DNA of 64,000 nt. It comes from a candidate division WWE3 bacterium RIFCSPHIGHO2_01_FULL_40_23 (GTDB lineage: Bacteria > Patescibacteriota > WWE3 > UBA101185 > 2-01-FULL-41-18). Below the pieces are notes generated by a model. That model searched no databases and was not told where the DNA came from. It was given only the letters and a program-made list of their open reading frames with translations. Shown here piece by piece: positions 48,025 to 57,752 of the stretch (position 1 is its first letter; each line of letters starts with the position of its first letter). Position numbers and translations under genes: made by a program. Location of the stretch: contig MEUZ01000003.1 of NCBI GenBank assembly GCA_001772615.1, positions 12,450 through 76,449 on the forward strand, given 5' to 3'.

Positions 48025-50992
48025 AAAAAAGCTTTGTTTTCATCTCTTCTCTTAATACGGAAGCTGTGTGAGATTTTGTATTTTTAAGTAGTCCTTCCAA
48101 AGTTCCTGCATACAAAACTTCTCCCCCCTTGTCTCCCCCTTCGAGCCCAAGATCAATAACATAATCGGCGTTTTTTATAACATCTAAATTATGCTCTATA
48201 ACAAGGATCGTATTTCCTTTGGCAACTAATCTTTTAAGTATGGCAATAAGCCGTTCTAGATCATAGAAATGGAGCCCTGTAGTCGGCTCATCAAGAATGT
48301 AAAATGTTCCTCCTGTTGATCTTTTTGAAAGCTCTGTGGCAAGTTTTACTCTTTGAGCCTCTCCGCCGGAAAGCGTTGGTGCCGGCTGACCAAGTTTAAT
48401 ATATGAGAGCCCTACATCATATAAAGTTTCAAGTTTGTTTCTAATTTGAGGTATATTTTCAAAAAAGCTCAAGGCTTCCTCAACTGTCATGTTTAATATA
48501 TCGCTAATGTTTTTCTGCTTGTAATAAATTTCAAGGGCCTCACGATTGTATCTTTTTCCCCCGCAAACTTCACAGTTAATATAAACATCAGGCATAAACT
48601 GCATCTCTATCCTAATCTGCCCTTCTCCAAGACAAGCCTCGCACCTGCCTCCTTTAACATTAAAGCTAAACCTTCCGGGCGCGTAGCCTCTTACTCTCGC
48701 TTCAGGAGTCTGCGAAAAAACTTCTCTGATAAAATCAAAAGTTTTTGTATAAGTTGCAGGATTTGACTTCGGAGTTCTACCAATCGGGGATTGATCTATT
48801 GCTATTGCATTATCTATTTCTTCGGCGCCTACTAAACCATCAAAACCTTCAGGCTTTTCATCGTTTTTAAGACCAAAATGTGATCTTAAAGCTCTATATA
48901 GGGTTTCATTGACTAGCGTAGACTTTCCAGAACCCGAAACACCGGTTACGCAAACAAATTTTGACAAAGGTATTTTTACATTGATATTTTTCAGATTATG
49001 CCCTTTTGCTCCAAGGATTTCCAAAAACTTTTGCTCTTTAACCTCCTTATAAGAGAACCTTAATCTGGAATCGCTTTTCACCTCAAAATCTTCCTTTCCA
49101 ACCTCTTTTTCCCCTGATAGATATCTCCCTGTGAGAGATGACTTATTCTTTTTTATTTCCGAAGGTGTTCCAAAAGCTACAATCTTTCCGCCGTGCTCAC
49201 CTGCACCCGGACCAAAATCAAGTATATAATCCGAATTTAACATGGTTTCCTTGTCATGCTCCACAACAAGAACCGTATTTCCAAGATCTCTTAAATTCTT
49301 TAATGTATCAATAAGCCTACCCTGATCTCTTTGGTGCAGCCCTATAGATGGCTCATCCAAGACATACAAAACGCCTGACAAACCCGAGCCTATTTGGGAT
49401 GCCAATCTAATTCTTTGAGCCTCCCCTCCCGCAAGAGAAGCAGAACTTCTATCAATTGTCAGGTAGTCCAAACCAACATCAAGCAAAAACTTAAGTCTTG
49501 CGTCTATCTCTTTAATTATAGGAAATGCGATTTTCCTTTCATTTTCCGAGAGTGCTGGCTGTTGTTTAAGGTTTCTTACCCAGAGAGAAACATCGGAAAC
49601 GCTCAAAGAGCAGACTGAAGAGATATTAAAATTGTCAATGGTAACTGAAAGAGCTTCCTTTTTCAGCCTTGTTCCAAGACATACTGAACACGGTTCTTTG
49701 ACCATATATCTTTCAATCTCACCTCTTACATAATCAGAGGAGGTTTCTTTATATCTTCTTTCAAGATTTGGTATTACTCCTTCAAATCTGGAATTAAAGG
49801 TTCCGCTATTTTCCCCATCTTTACTTACATATTTAACTCTGAAAACTTCATTTGGAGCTCCGTAAAGAATAATTTTTTTAACACCATCGGATAAATTTTT
49901 TATGGGTGTGTTTAAAGAAAAGTCATATTGCTTTGAAACGGCCTCAACAACTCTCATCATCCAAGATGACCCCTCTATCATTCTTGACCAGGGGAATACT
50001 CCACCTTCCATAATTGACAAATTTTGATTAAGAACAACATCCGGATCCACCTTAAGTTTATTTCCAAGACCATCACATGAAGAGCACGCGCCATGCGGTG
50101 AGTTAAATGAAAAGTTTCTGGGTTCAAGTTCAGGAAGAGATATATTACAAACCGGACAGGCAAACCTTTCAGAATACAAGTGATCGGAGAACTCTTTTGG
50201 AAACTCGGGAAAATCCAAGGAGGCATCCTTCACCTCCGAAACAATAATATTTCCATTCCCAAGCTTCAAACCCTGATCAACTGATGAAGTAAGGCGCTTA
50301 GTTATCTCCTTTTTCAAAGAAAAATCTTTTAATCTGGCCTTAGTAAGAACCACCCTGTCTATTAAAAGGTCAATAGTATGTTTATTGGTCTTAATTAGCT
50401 CAAAATCATCATTTAAATTTCTAATCTTTCCGTCAATTCTCGCTTTTATGTAACCCTCTCTTCTTAAATTTTCAAAAAGCGTTGAATATTCGCCTTTCCT
50501 ATCTTTGACAATGGGGGACAAAACCAAAAGTCTTATACCCCTAGAACCCACAGGGACAAGTTCAAAAATTTTATCAACAATCTGTTCCGAACTCTGCTGG
50601 CTTATTTCCCTTCCACAGCTTGGACAATGCGGATGCCCGGCTCTTGAAAATAAGAGCCTAAAAAAATCATAAATTTCGGTTACAGTGCCAACCGTAGATC
50701 TTGGGTTATGTGAAGTTGTTTTCTGATCTATGGCAATGGCCGGTGAAAGGCCCTCAATGCTTTCAACATCCGGTTTGTCCATAACTCCTACAAACTGCCT
50801 GGCGTAAGCGGACAAGCTTTCCACATATCTTCTTTGACCTTCGGCATAAATAGTGTCCATGGCCATTGATGACTTTCCCGACCCCGAAACACCGGTAAAA
50901 ACAACCAATTTATTCTTTGGAATTTCAAAACTCACATTTTTGAGATTGTGTTGTCTTGCTCCTTTGACTACTATCTTATCTAAAGCATTCAT
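48008..50992 (-). CDS. uvrA: Excinuclease ABC subunit A
   Basis: Two GVSGSGKS Walker A motifs, Zn fingers, LSGGEAQR. Confidence 0.99.
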   Translation of the reverse strand: MNALDKIVVKGARQHNLKNVSFEIPKNKLVVFTGVSGSGKSSMAMDTIYAEGQRRYVESLSAYARQFVGVMDKPDVESIEGLSPAIAIDQKTTSHNPRSTVGTVTEIYDFFRLLFSRAGHPHCPSCGREISQQSSEQIVDKIFELVPVGSRGIRLLVLSPIVKDRKGEYSTLFENLRREGYIKARIDGKIRNLNDDFELIKTNKHTIDLLIDRVVLTKARLKDFSLKKEITKRLTSSVDQGLKLGNGNIIVSEVKDASLDFPEFPKEFSDHLYSERFACPVCNISLPELEPRNFSFNSPHGACSSCDGLGNKLKVDPDVVLNQNLSIMEGGVFPWSRMIEGSSWMMRVVEAVSKQYDFSLNTPIKNLSDGVKKIILYGAPNEVFRVKYVSKDGENSGTFNSRFEGVIPNLERRYKETSSDYVRGEIERYMVKEPCSVCLGTRLKKEALSVTIDNFNISSVCSLSVSDVSLWVRNLKQQPALSENERKIAFPIIKEIDARLKFLLDVGLDYLTIDRSSASLAGGEAQRIRLASQIGSGLSGVLYVLDEPSIGLHQRDQGRLIDTLKNLRDLGNTVLVVEHDKETMLNSDYILDFGPGAGEHGGKIVAFGTPSEIKKNKSSLTGRYLSGEKEVGKEDFEVKSDSRLRFSYKEVKEQKFLEILGAKGHNLKNINVKIPLSKFVCVTGVSGSGKSTLVNETLYRALRSHFGLKNDEKPEGFDGLVGAEEIDNAIAIDQSPIGRTPKSNPATYTKTFDFIREVFSQTPEARVRGYAPGRFSFNVKGGRCEACLGEGQIRIEMQFMPDVYINCEVCGGKRYNREALEIYYKQKNISDILNMTVEEALSFFENIPQIRNKLETLYDVGLSYIKLGQPAPTLSGGEAQRVKLATELSKRSTGGTFYILDEPTTGLHFYDLERLIAILKRLVAKGNTILVIEHNLDVIKNADYVIDLGLEGGDKGGEVLYAGTLEGLLKNTKSHTASVLREEMKTKLFSNVKV

Positions 50993-51006
50993 ATTCGCGA
51001 TTAAAA

Positions 51007-51036
51007 ATTATATGGTATTTCTTCGGGTCTTGTAAA
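51007..51036 (-). promoter_or_regulatory. uvrA promoter with candidate LexA box
   Basis: Minus strand TTTACA-N18-TATAAT; plus strand TATGG-N6-TTCGG at 51011-51026. Confidence 0.5.
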
Positions 51037-51062
51037 GTGCCAATTAGGGCAGGTTAATTGGG

Positions 51063-51344
51063 CTATTTAGAGGACGTATTGGGCAAAACATTTATTTGAC
51101 CTCCTGTGCCTAAGACATTTTCCGGTTCGCTTGCCTCTTCTTTCACGTCATCCGTAGATTCAACCTGGTCCTCCTTAGTAACACTTTCCTCTTCCACCTT
51201 ACCCACTTCACTTACTGGCTTTCGGCCAAAATACCACATGCTCCCTACGGCAAGAATTAATAATAAGAGGATACCAACAATAAGATTAGCCCAGTTTGCT
51301 TTTGAGTTTAGATTTTGAAGATCTTTAAGAAAATTTTCAAGCAT
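51063..51344 (-). CDS. Small membrane protein with acidic linker and terminal LPNTS
   Basis: N-terminal TM, E/D/S/T-rich region, ends VLGTGGQINVLPNTSSK; strong SD-like AAGGGGGTGA. Confidence 0.8.
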   Translation of the reverse strand: MLENFLKDLQNLNSKANWANLIVGILLLLILAVGSMWYFGRKPVSEVGKVEEESVTKEDQVESTDDVKEEASEPENVLGTGGQINVLPNTSSK

Positions 51345-51363
51345 TTAAATCACCCCCTTTTGT

Positions 51364-53634
51364 TTAATCATTTTTCTTTTTCTTATCGGATTTTTCCTTT
51401 TCCTCCATTCCACAGCTTATCTTATCAGGTTCACCTCCTCTAACAAAAACCTCTCTGATATTTGAGCAGTCGGAATACACTTTAACTATAACACCTTCAG
51501 GCAAAGCAAAGCCCTCCAGAGCCTTTCCGGTAAGAAGTTCTGTCATCATTCTATTCCATGCAGGAGCGGCTCCAGTTAATCCTGAAGAAAGTGTCGGATT
51601 CATGGGCGTATTATCGTTATTTCCAACCCATACGCCTACTACAAAAGAAGGTGTGTATCCAAGTGTGTAATTATCTCTTTTCTGATCCGTAGTTCCCGTT
51701 TTAACTGCAACTTTATGTCCTTTAATACTTAAGAAATTATTAGTCCCGAAAGCGGGTATTCTTGCATAGTAATCAGAAAGAATATCCGTGATAATGTAAG
51801 AAACTTCTTTTGAGAGAACTCTTTTTTCCAGATTCTCGTTTGAAAATATCTCATACCCCTTACTGTCTTTAATGTTTAAGATTGGTCTGGTAGGTTTGTA
51901 GACTCCTCCCCTTGCTAAAGTTCCATACACATTTGTTAAATCCAGCAAATTAGCCTCTTTTCCCCCAAGTGTTATTGAAAGCCCGTAATTTCCGTCAGCC
52001 TCCCAGCTGACTAGACCCATATCTCTCCCAAGGTTAACCATATCATCTATGTTAAGGGTCCTTAAAACTTTTACGGCAGGTACATTGTAAGAATTAGCAA
52101 GCGCCCGTCTTAATGTAATCTTCCCGTGAAACTTGCCGTCATAATTCACAGGTGAGTAGGTCTCATAAGGAGTTTTTACTGTCAGGGGAGAATCATCTAT
52201 TACAGAAGTAGTTTTATACCCTCTTGTTAAAGCAAGAGAGTAAGTTACCGGTTTGATTGCGGAACCGGGCTGCCGCTTAGCAACCGAAACATTAAAAACG
52301 CCATCATTTTTAACATCAAAATAGTCTACTGATCCAACCATTGACAGGATCTCCCCCGTTTTAGGATCAAGAACTATTAAAGCCCCATTAGAAACATTAA
52401 GCTGTCTGCTTTTTTCCACCTCCTCTTTTACAATTACCTGCGCTTTATCCTGGATATCAAGATCAATTGTTGTTAAAACGGTTAAGCCTCCAAAACTAAC
52501 AAATCTTTTCCCATACATCCTTTCAAGCTCCGATCTTACATAATCCACAAAATGAGGGGCTCTGATAAAGTCACTTTGAGGAGTAAAAACAAACTCTTCA
52601 CTAAACGCTTTATCTGCTTCTTCCTGTGTAATTTTCTTTAACTTTACCATCCTTGATAGAACAAGCTTCTGCCTGTCTTTTGCTACGGATAAAGATGAGA
52701 AAGGAGAATACACACTTGGGGCCGAAGGAAGAGCCGAAAGAAGAGACGATTCCGATAGTGTGAGTTCAGATGCACGCTTTCCGAAAAACTTTTGAGAAGC
52801 CGATTCAACACCCACAACATTTCCTCCATATGGAGCGTTATTTAGATACATCTCAAGTATTTGATCTTTTGAATACTTTTGTTCGGTTAAAACAGATAAA
52901 ACGAGCTCTTTAATTTTTCGCGTGACGGTCCTCTCCGGTGACAAAAGGGACAACTTCACAAGCTGCTGCGTTATGGTTGACCCTCCTTGAACATTGTCTT
53001 TAAAAAAAGTTTCGTTAGCAGCTCTTAGAATACTTAACAGCCTAAAACCTTTATGGTTATAAAACGAGGAATCCTCAATCGCCAGGGTAGCATCAATCAT
53101 ACTTTTAGGCACCAAATTTAGAGGAACCGGATCACCCCTTTTTTCAGGGCAGATCTCATAAATCAACCTTCCTTTCCTGTCCAAAAGCTTTGTGCACTTA
53201 ACCATATTTTCATTAAGCAGATCGGGTCTTGGAAGCTGCCTGTACCAAGAATAGGCAGTTGCGGGAGTAAGTAAAAAGAAAATTGTAAAGAGAGAACCAA
53301 GTATAAACCACTTAACTTTCTCTCTCGCTTTAGGCTTACTTAAATTAAGTGTCTTAACAGAAGAAACTGATTTAAACATCCTGGCCTTAAATTTCTTAAC
53401 ACCTTTGTTCCTCTTAAATACCTTCACAATCAGATCATCTAACCTGTTAATAGAGCTTAAGAGGTCCTTCCCTAGGTTTGAAAAAAAGCGGAATATTTTC
53501 TTTAAGAGAATATTTAACTCGGAATAAATAGCTGAAGGAATAACAACAAAAGAAGAGCCAACAAGAATTATTGCGTCCAAGGCAAATTTGAATATAGCTC
53601 TTCTGAAATTATCAATTACCTGGCGTATACTCAT
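51364..53634 (-). CDS. Class A penicillin-binding protein (GT51 + transpeptidase)
   Basis: EDSSFYNH, QGGSTITQQL, RKIKE; SAIK, SYN, KTGT. Start uncertain (53634 or 53688). Confidence 0.95.
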   Translation of the reverse strand: MSIRQVIDNFRRAIFKFALDAIILVGSSFVVIPSAIYSELNILLKKIFRFFSNLGKDLLSSINRLDDLIVKVFKRNKGVKKFKARMFKSVSSVKTLNLSKPKAREKVKWFILGSLFTIFFLLTPATAYSWYRQLPRPDLLNENMVKCTKLLDRKGRLIYEICPEKRGDPVPLNLVPKSMIDATLAIEDSSFYNHKGFRLLSILRAANETFFKDNVQGGSTITQQLVKLSLLSPERTVTRKIKELVLSVLTEQKYSKDQILEMYLNNAPYGGNVVGVESASQKFFGKRASELTLSESSLLSALPSAPSVYSPFSSLSVAKDRQKLVLSRMVKLKKITQEEADKAFSEEFVFTPQSDFIRAPHFVDYVRSELERMYGKRFVSFGGLTVLTTIDLDIQDKAQVIVKEEVEKSRQLNVSNGALIVLDPKTGEILSMVGSVDYFDVKNDGVFNVSVAKRQPGSAIKPVTYSLALTRGYKTTSVIDDSPLTVKTPYETYSPVNYDGKFHGKITLRRALANSYNVPAVKVLRTLNIDDMVNLGRDMGLVSWEADGNYGLSITLGGKEANLLDLTNVYGTLARGGVYKPTRPILNIKDSKGYEIFSNENLEKRVLSKEVSYIITDILSDYYARIPAFGTNNFLSIKGHKVAVKTGTTDQKRDNYTLGYTPSFVVGVWVGNNDNTPMNPTLSSGLTGAAPAWNRMMTELLTGKALEGFALPEGVIVKVYSDCSNIREVFVRGGEPDKISCGMEEKEKSDKKKKND

Positions 53635-54235
53635 CCTTGTCCTTAAATCTGGAAATAACCACCACTCTTTTCTCATCTTCCGGGCCATAGCAAGTAAAAA
53701 GTACTAGGGCTTTACCGTAGTCCTCCTTCAGAAAATCTATTTCATAAGGGTAAACATAAATCTTTTTGTACACCTCAAATCTATACCACTCTTTATCGGA
53801 GGACACATAAACAAAATCATTTTTATTTAAATTATCAAGTCTGGAAAACAGAGCATCTTTCGCATGAGCAAAAATAACTGTGTTTCCGGTTTTATCATTG
53901 AGAAAAGAGGTTCCTATACCATAAGAAGCGAAATTGTCAAAAGTTATCCAAGTCCCTTGATCCACCCTTGCACCCTTCACAACCAAATCTACGGAGATTT
54001 TAGGTATAACAATTCTTCTTGGAACATCTTTCTCTTCCCTAAAAATTAGCGTTTTGGGTAAAACAGCACCTTTAGCGTAGGTAGAAGTTTTTATTTGGGT
54101 TTCTATAAGATAGCCCGCGAAGATAAAAACACCAAGAAGCATAACAATAGGGATGAGGAAAACTAAAATTATTCCTTTCAAATCTTTAGTGAAAGCTTCT
54201 TTTATAAAGGAGAAAAGTGTTTGGTTTTCCGACAT
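53612..54235 (-). CDS. Sortase
   Basis: N-terminal TM, IVIPKI, GNTVIFAHA (His), LFTC (Cys), KRVVV (Arg). Confidence 0.9.
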   Translation of the reverse strand: MSENQTLFSFIKEAFTKDLKGIILVFLIPIVMLLGVFIFAGYLIETQIKTSTYAKGAVLPKTLIFREEKDVPRRIVIPKISVDLVVKGARVDQGTWITFDNFASYGIGTSFLNDKTGNTVIFAHAKDALFSRLDNLNKNDFVYVSSDKEWYRFEVYKKIYVYPYEIDFLKEDYGKALVLFTCYGPEDEKRVVVISRFKDKDEYTPGN

Positions 54236-54312
54236 AGTTTTTCAGATTGTCGGGCAGGAATAATTACTAGCTATCCTATCAAACCATAAAATCAAGTCAA
54301 ACCACGCTAAAT

Positions 54313-56385
54313 TTAAGTTCTTATGTATTTTTTAATTAATAAAACTTTATCTCTAATCTTTGCAGCCTCTTCAAAGTTTAAAGCTTCAGCTTCAAACCTC
54401 ATTTGAGCTTCTAGTAGCTTAATCTCTTTTTTAAGCTTTGAAGGGGAGACAAAAGACAAATCCTCATCCTCTCCTACCCTTTCTTTATTAACAGACTGTT
54501 CTTCAATTATTTCATCCACTAACCTCTCCCTGATTGGTTTTGTAATACCTATTGGGGTAATTTTAAATTCCTCATTATATTTTTCCTGGATATCCCTTCT
54601 TCTTCCTACCTCCGTTATTGCTCTTTCCATACTCTTTGTAACATTATCGGCATACATAACAACACTTCCCTTTATATGTCGTGCCGCTCTGCCCATCGTT
54701 TGAATCAAGGATCCTTCCGATCGTAAAAAACCTTCCTTATCTGCATCAAGAATAGCAACAAGTGAAACTTCGGGAAGATCCAGACCCTCTCGTAAAAGAT
54801 TTATCCCAACCAGTACATCAAAATTTCCCTTCCTTAAATTATCAAGGATATCGGTTCTTTCAAGAGTTTCAATGTCAGAGTGAAGATAAGTTGCCTTAAT
54901 GCCTTTTTCAATAAGATATGATGAGAGCTCTTCTGCCATCCTTTTGGTAAGGGTTGTAACAAGCACCCTCTCTTTATCAGCTACTCTTATCATAATCCTC
55001 TCAAACAAGTCCTCTACCTGGCCTTTAGTTGGTAACACTTTTATGTCTGGATCAACAATTCCTGTAGGTCTTATAAGCTGCTGCGCAACTTTCCCTGAAG
55101 TCATGCTAAGTTCCCAGTCTGAAGGAGTTGCCGAGACAAAGATTGCCTGATCTATTTTTCTTAAAAACTCCTCAAATCTTAGAGGCCTGTTCTCAAGCGC
55201 CGATGGAAGTCTGAACCCATAATTAACAAGTGTTTCCTTTCTTGAGCGATCTCCGTTGTACATACCTCGTATTTGAGGAACTGTAATATGAGATTCGTCT
55301 ATAACTGTAAGAAAACCCTTTGGAAAGAAGTCTATTAAAGTATAAGGACTGTCACCCTCTTTCCTACCGTCAAAATAAATTGAGTAATTTTCAATACCCT
55401 TGCAATAGCCTATCTCCCTGATCATCTCAAGATCATATTTAGTCCTTTGTTCCAGCCGGTAAGCTTCAAGCTCTTTTCCCAACCCCTTAAGCTCCTTTAA
55501 CCTCTTTTCCAAATCGGCTTCTATTAGTTTTAAAGCCCCCCCTCTTTTTTCTTCAGCCGTAATATAATGTTTAGCCGGAAATATGACTGTAACCCCCTCC
55601 TCACGCGCCGCATGCTCTAAATAATCCTGCTCATCATCTGATTTTATTCTTAAATGGCCTCCCCTTCTGATCAAAGGTAATTTAGTTCTGTCTATCACAT
55701 TTCCATTTAGAGGATCAAAGTGATATATATCCCTAAGCCTATCATCAAAAATCTCAAGATGAACCCCGTAATCCTGGTAAGATGGGTAAACATCAACACT
55801 TTCGCCTCTTACCCTGAAAGTTCCCCGTTTAAACTCAAAATCCGACCGTTCATAGTAAAGCTGTGATAGTCTTTTTAAAAGATCTGACAATCTAAACTTC
55901 ATTCCCTTTCTTAACTCAAGTGCTATTTTTGAGTATTCCGCAGGAGAACCAAGATTATAAATGCAGGAAACCGAAGCTACTATAATCACATCATTTCGTG
56001 TTATTAAAGAATTGGTGGCTGAAAGTCTTAACTTATCAATTTCTTCATTTATGTCGGCATCTTTTTCTATGTAGGTATCAGTTTGTGGAATATAGCTTTC
56101 AGGTTGATAAAAATCATAATAGCTCACAAAATATTCAACCGCGTTTTCGGGGAAAAACTCTCTAAATTCCTGGTATAACTGGGCAGCAAGAGTTTTATTG
56201 TGGGAAATAACAAGCGTAGGCTTTTTTACGTTTGCTATAACATTAGCAACACTAAAGGTTTTGCCTGAACCGGTAACCCCAAGAAGAACTTCATAAGGAT
56301 TTTTTTCATTAATCCATTCTGTAAGTTTCCGAATTGCCTGCGGCTGGTCTCCCGTAGGCGAAAAAGAGGATTTAAGCTTAAACAC
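54313..56385 (-). CDS. uvrB: Excinuclease ABC subunit B
   Basis: PTGDQPQAI, LGVTGSGKT, DESH, GINLLREGLDLPEV; probable GTG start at 56385. Confidence 0.99.
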   Translation of the reverse strand: MFKLKSSFSPTGDQPQAIRKLTEWINEKNPYEVLLGVTGSGKTFSVANVIANVKKPTLVISHNKTLAAQLYQEFREFFPENAVEYFVSYYDFYQPESYIPQTDTYIEKDADINEEIDKLRLSATNSLITRNDVIIVASVSCIYNLGSPAEYSKIALELRKGMKFRLSDLLKRLSQLYYERSDFEFKRGTFRVRGESVDVYPSYQDYGVHLEIFDDRLRDIYHFDPLNGNVIDRTKLPLIRRGGHLRIKSDDEQDYLEHAAREEGVTVIFPAKHYITAEEKRGGALKLIEADLEKRLKELKGLGKELEAYRLEQRTKYDLEMIREIGYCKGIENYSIYFDGRKEGDSPYTLIDFFPKGFLTVIDESHITVPQIRGMYNGDRSRKETLVNYGFRLPSALENRPLRFEEFLRKIDQAIFVSATPSDWELSMTSGKVAQQLIRPTGIVDPDIKVLPTKGQVEDLFERIMIRVADKERVLVTTLTKRMAEELSSYLIEKGIKATYLHSDIETLERTDILDNLRKGNFDVLVGINLLREGLDLPEVSLVAILDADKEGFLRSEGSLIQTMGRAARHIKGSVVMYADNVTKSMERAITEVGRRRDIQEKYNEEFKITPIGITKPIRERLVDEIIEEQSVNKERVGEDEDLSFVSPSKLKKEIKLLEAQMRFEAEALNFEEAAKIRDKVLLIKKYIRT

Positions 56386-56391
56386 CAAATT

Positions 56392-56430
56392 ATTGTATCA
56401 AAAGTTTTAATATTTGGGTATTATTTGGGT
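56392..56430 (-). promoter_or_regulatory. uvrB extended -10 promoter with direct-repeat box over the -35 region
   Basis: TGaTACAAT 6 nt before GTG; TATTTGGGT repeated at 56411 and 56422. Confidence 0.5.
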
Positions 56431-57686
56431 GTACTTATATCTCTGTAAAGAAAGCCCTTACCTTCAACAGGGATAAGATTATTCGGGTTTACCCAGTAGC
56501 CGGTCAACTTACTCTTAAGCTTTAAAACTGTATTGTCAATAACACCTTCGTTATACTTTTTCTTGTTTAAGCCATTCCAAATGGACTTTGCCAACACATT
56601 TCTATTTACGATTTTTCCCTTGTTAGAAAGAAACTGTTTCAAAATCTTCTTTTCAACAAGAGAAAGCCTTAAAGGCGACTTGGTACCGTTTATCAAAACC
56701 CCGTCTTTAGTAATTTCCACTTTAGTAACATATTCAACCGATTTCTCCATTCCGATATGTTTCAGAAGCCCAACCGTAAACTTATAACCGTTTCTTCCTC
56801 CCTTTAAAAGGCCTAAATTTATTAAGTGAAGAAGATCTTTTGCATAACTCTCTTCTACCTTTTTGCAACCCCAGACTATCTTAGCTAAAACTAACACTTC
56901 AGATGCACTTAAAGATTCCCATAACTTCTTAACTTCACGTTTAAGATGCCAATTTTCACATAAAATTTCCGAAAGATTCCTTCTTTTTTTAGGAGGAAGA
57001 TTGTTTTTTAGATCAGACGCTATGCCATAAAATCTATCAACGCCCCCCGTCAAACCATACATTACTTCAAAAATTTTTGCGGATATGGCGCTTTCAACCT
57101 GTCTAAGTCCTCTCTCATCCCTTACATTCATATAAATAATATTCTCATAAACATGAGATGACTTTGCAAAAAACGGGGTGTTTGCAGGATGTGATATGTT
57201 CATTCTGACTGTATAAATAAATACACAGCCCGGAAAAGATATGTTAAGAGACTCAAAAAACAAATAAGGCTCCTTGCCTAAAGCTAAAAGGATATCTGCA
57301 TCTTCAAAAAAGAAAACAACTTTTAATTTTTTTTGAGTAAGCTCATCAATCAGATCTTTTATCAAAGAAGTAAATTCCTCGTCTCCCTGAAACTGCCCAT
57401 CCGATTTAGATGAGAGCTTTTTCTCAACCAAAGTCCTTCTTATTGAAGTCAGCATTAAAGCGTATAAAGCTGGAAGCGTAGCAATACTTAAATGATTTAA
57501 ATCAACATAAACCGGAATAACCTGTCTTTTAAGAAGTAGATCCGAATGAAGATTTCTAAAAAAGATTGGATAATTTGTCCCATAGCAAACCTGACAGCTT
57601 GCACACTGCCCATTAGCTATTAAATCAAGGATTTTTCTCTTTTGGCTTTCCCAATGCTTATACATAAAGTAAGGCGATTGTAGCAT
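56421..57686 (-). CDS. Putative regulator: degenerate NTPase-like N-terminus with C-terminal OmpR-type winged helix
   Basis: C-terminal LSLVEKKIL..F..NKGKIVNR..L...IW...IDNTVLKLKSKL...V.GKGF; VVFFFED is Walker B-like. Confidence 0.7.
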   Translation of the reverse strand: MLQSPYFMYKHWESQKRKILDLIANGQCASCQVCYGTNYPIFFRNLHSDLLLKRQVIPVYVDLNHLSIATLPALYALMLTSIRRTLVEKKLSSKSDGQFQGDEEFTSLIKDLIDELTQKKLKVVFFFEDADILLALGKEPYLFFESLNISFPGCVFIYTVRMNISHPANTPFFAKSSHVYENIIYMNVRDERGLRQVESAISAKIFEVMYGLTGGVDRFYGIASDLKNNLPPKKRRNLSEILCENWHLKREVKKLWESLSASEVLVLAKIVWGCKKVEESYAKDLLHLINLGLLKGGRNGYKFTVGLLKHIGMEKSVEYVTKVEITKDGVLINGTKSPLRLSLVEKKILKQFLSNKGKIVNRNVLAKSIWNGLNKKKYNEGVIDNTVLKLKSKLTGYWVNPNNLIPVEGKGFLYRDISTPK

Positions 57687-57716
57687 ATTTATTGCAGTAT
57701 TACAAGCTATAGGCTA

Positions 57717-57746
57717 TTGACAACTTCGTGTTTATTTCGGTAATAT
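57717..57746 (+). promoter_or_regulatory. lexA promoter (leaderless) with candidate LexA operator
   Basis: TTGACA-N18-TAATAT, 6 nt before ATG; the spacer holds TTCGT-N6-TTCGG. Confidence 0.65.
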
Positions 57747-57752
57747 AGGACT

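Noticed and set aside
51039-51063. Hairpin CCAATTA-N8-TAATTGG as an intrinsic terminator
   Set aside because: AT-rich stem and no convincing U-tract.
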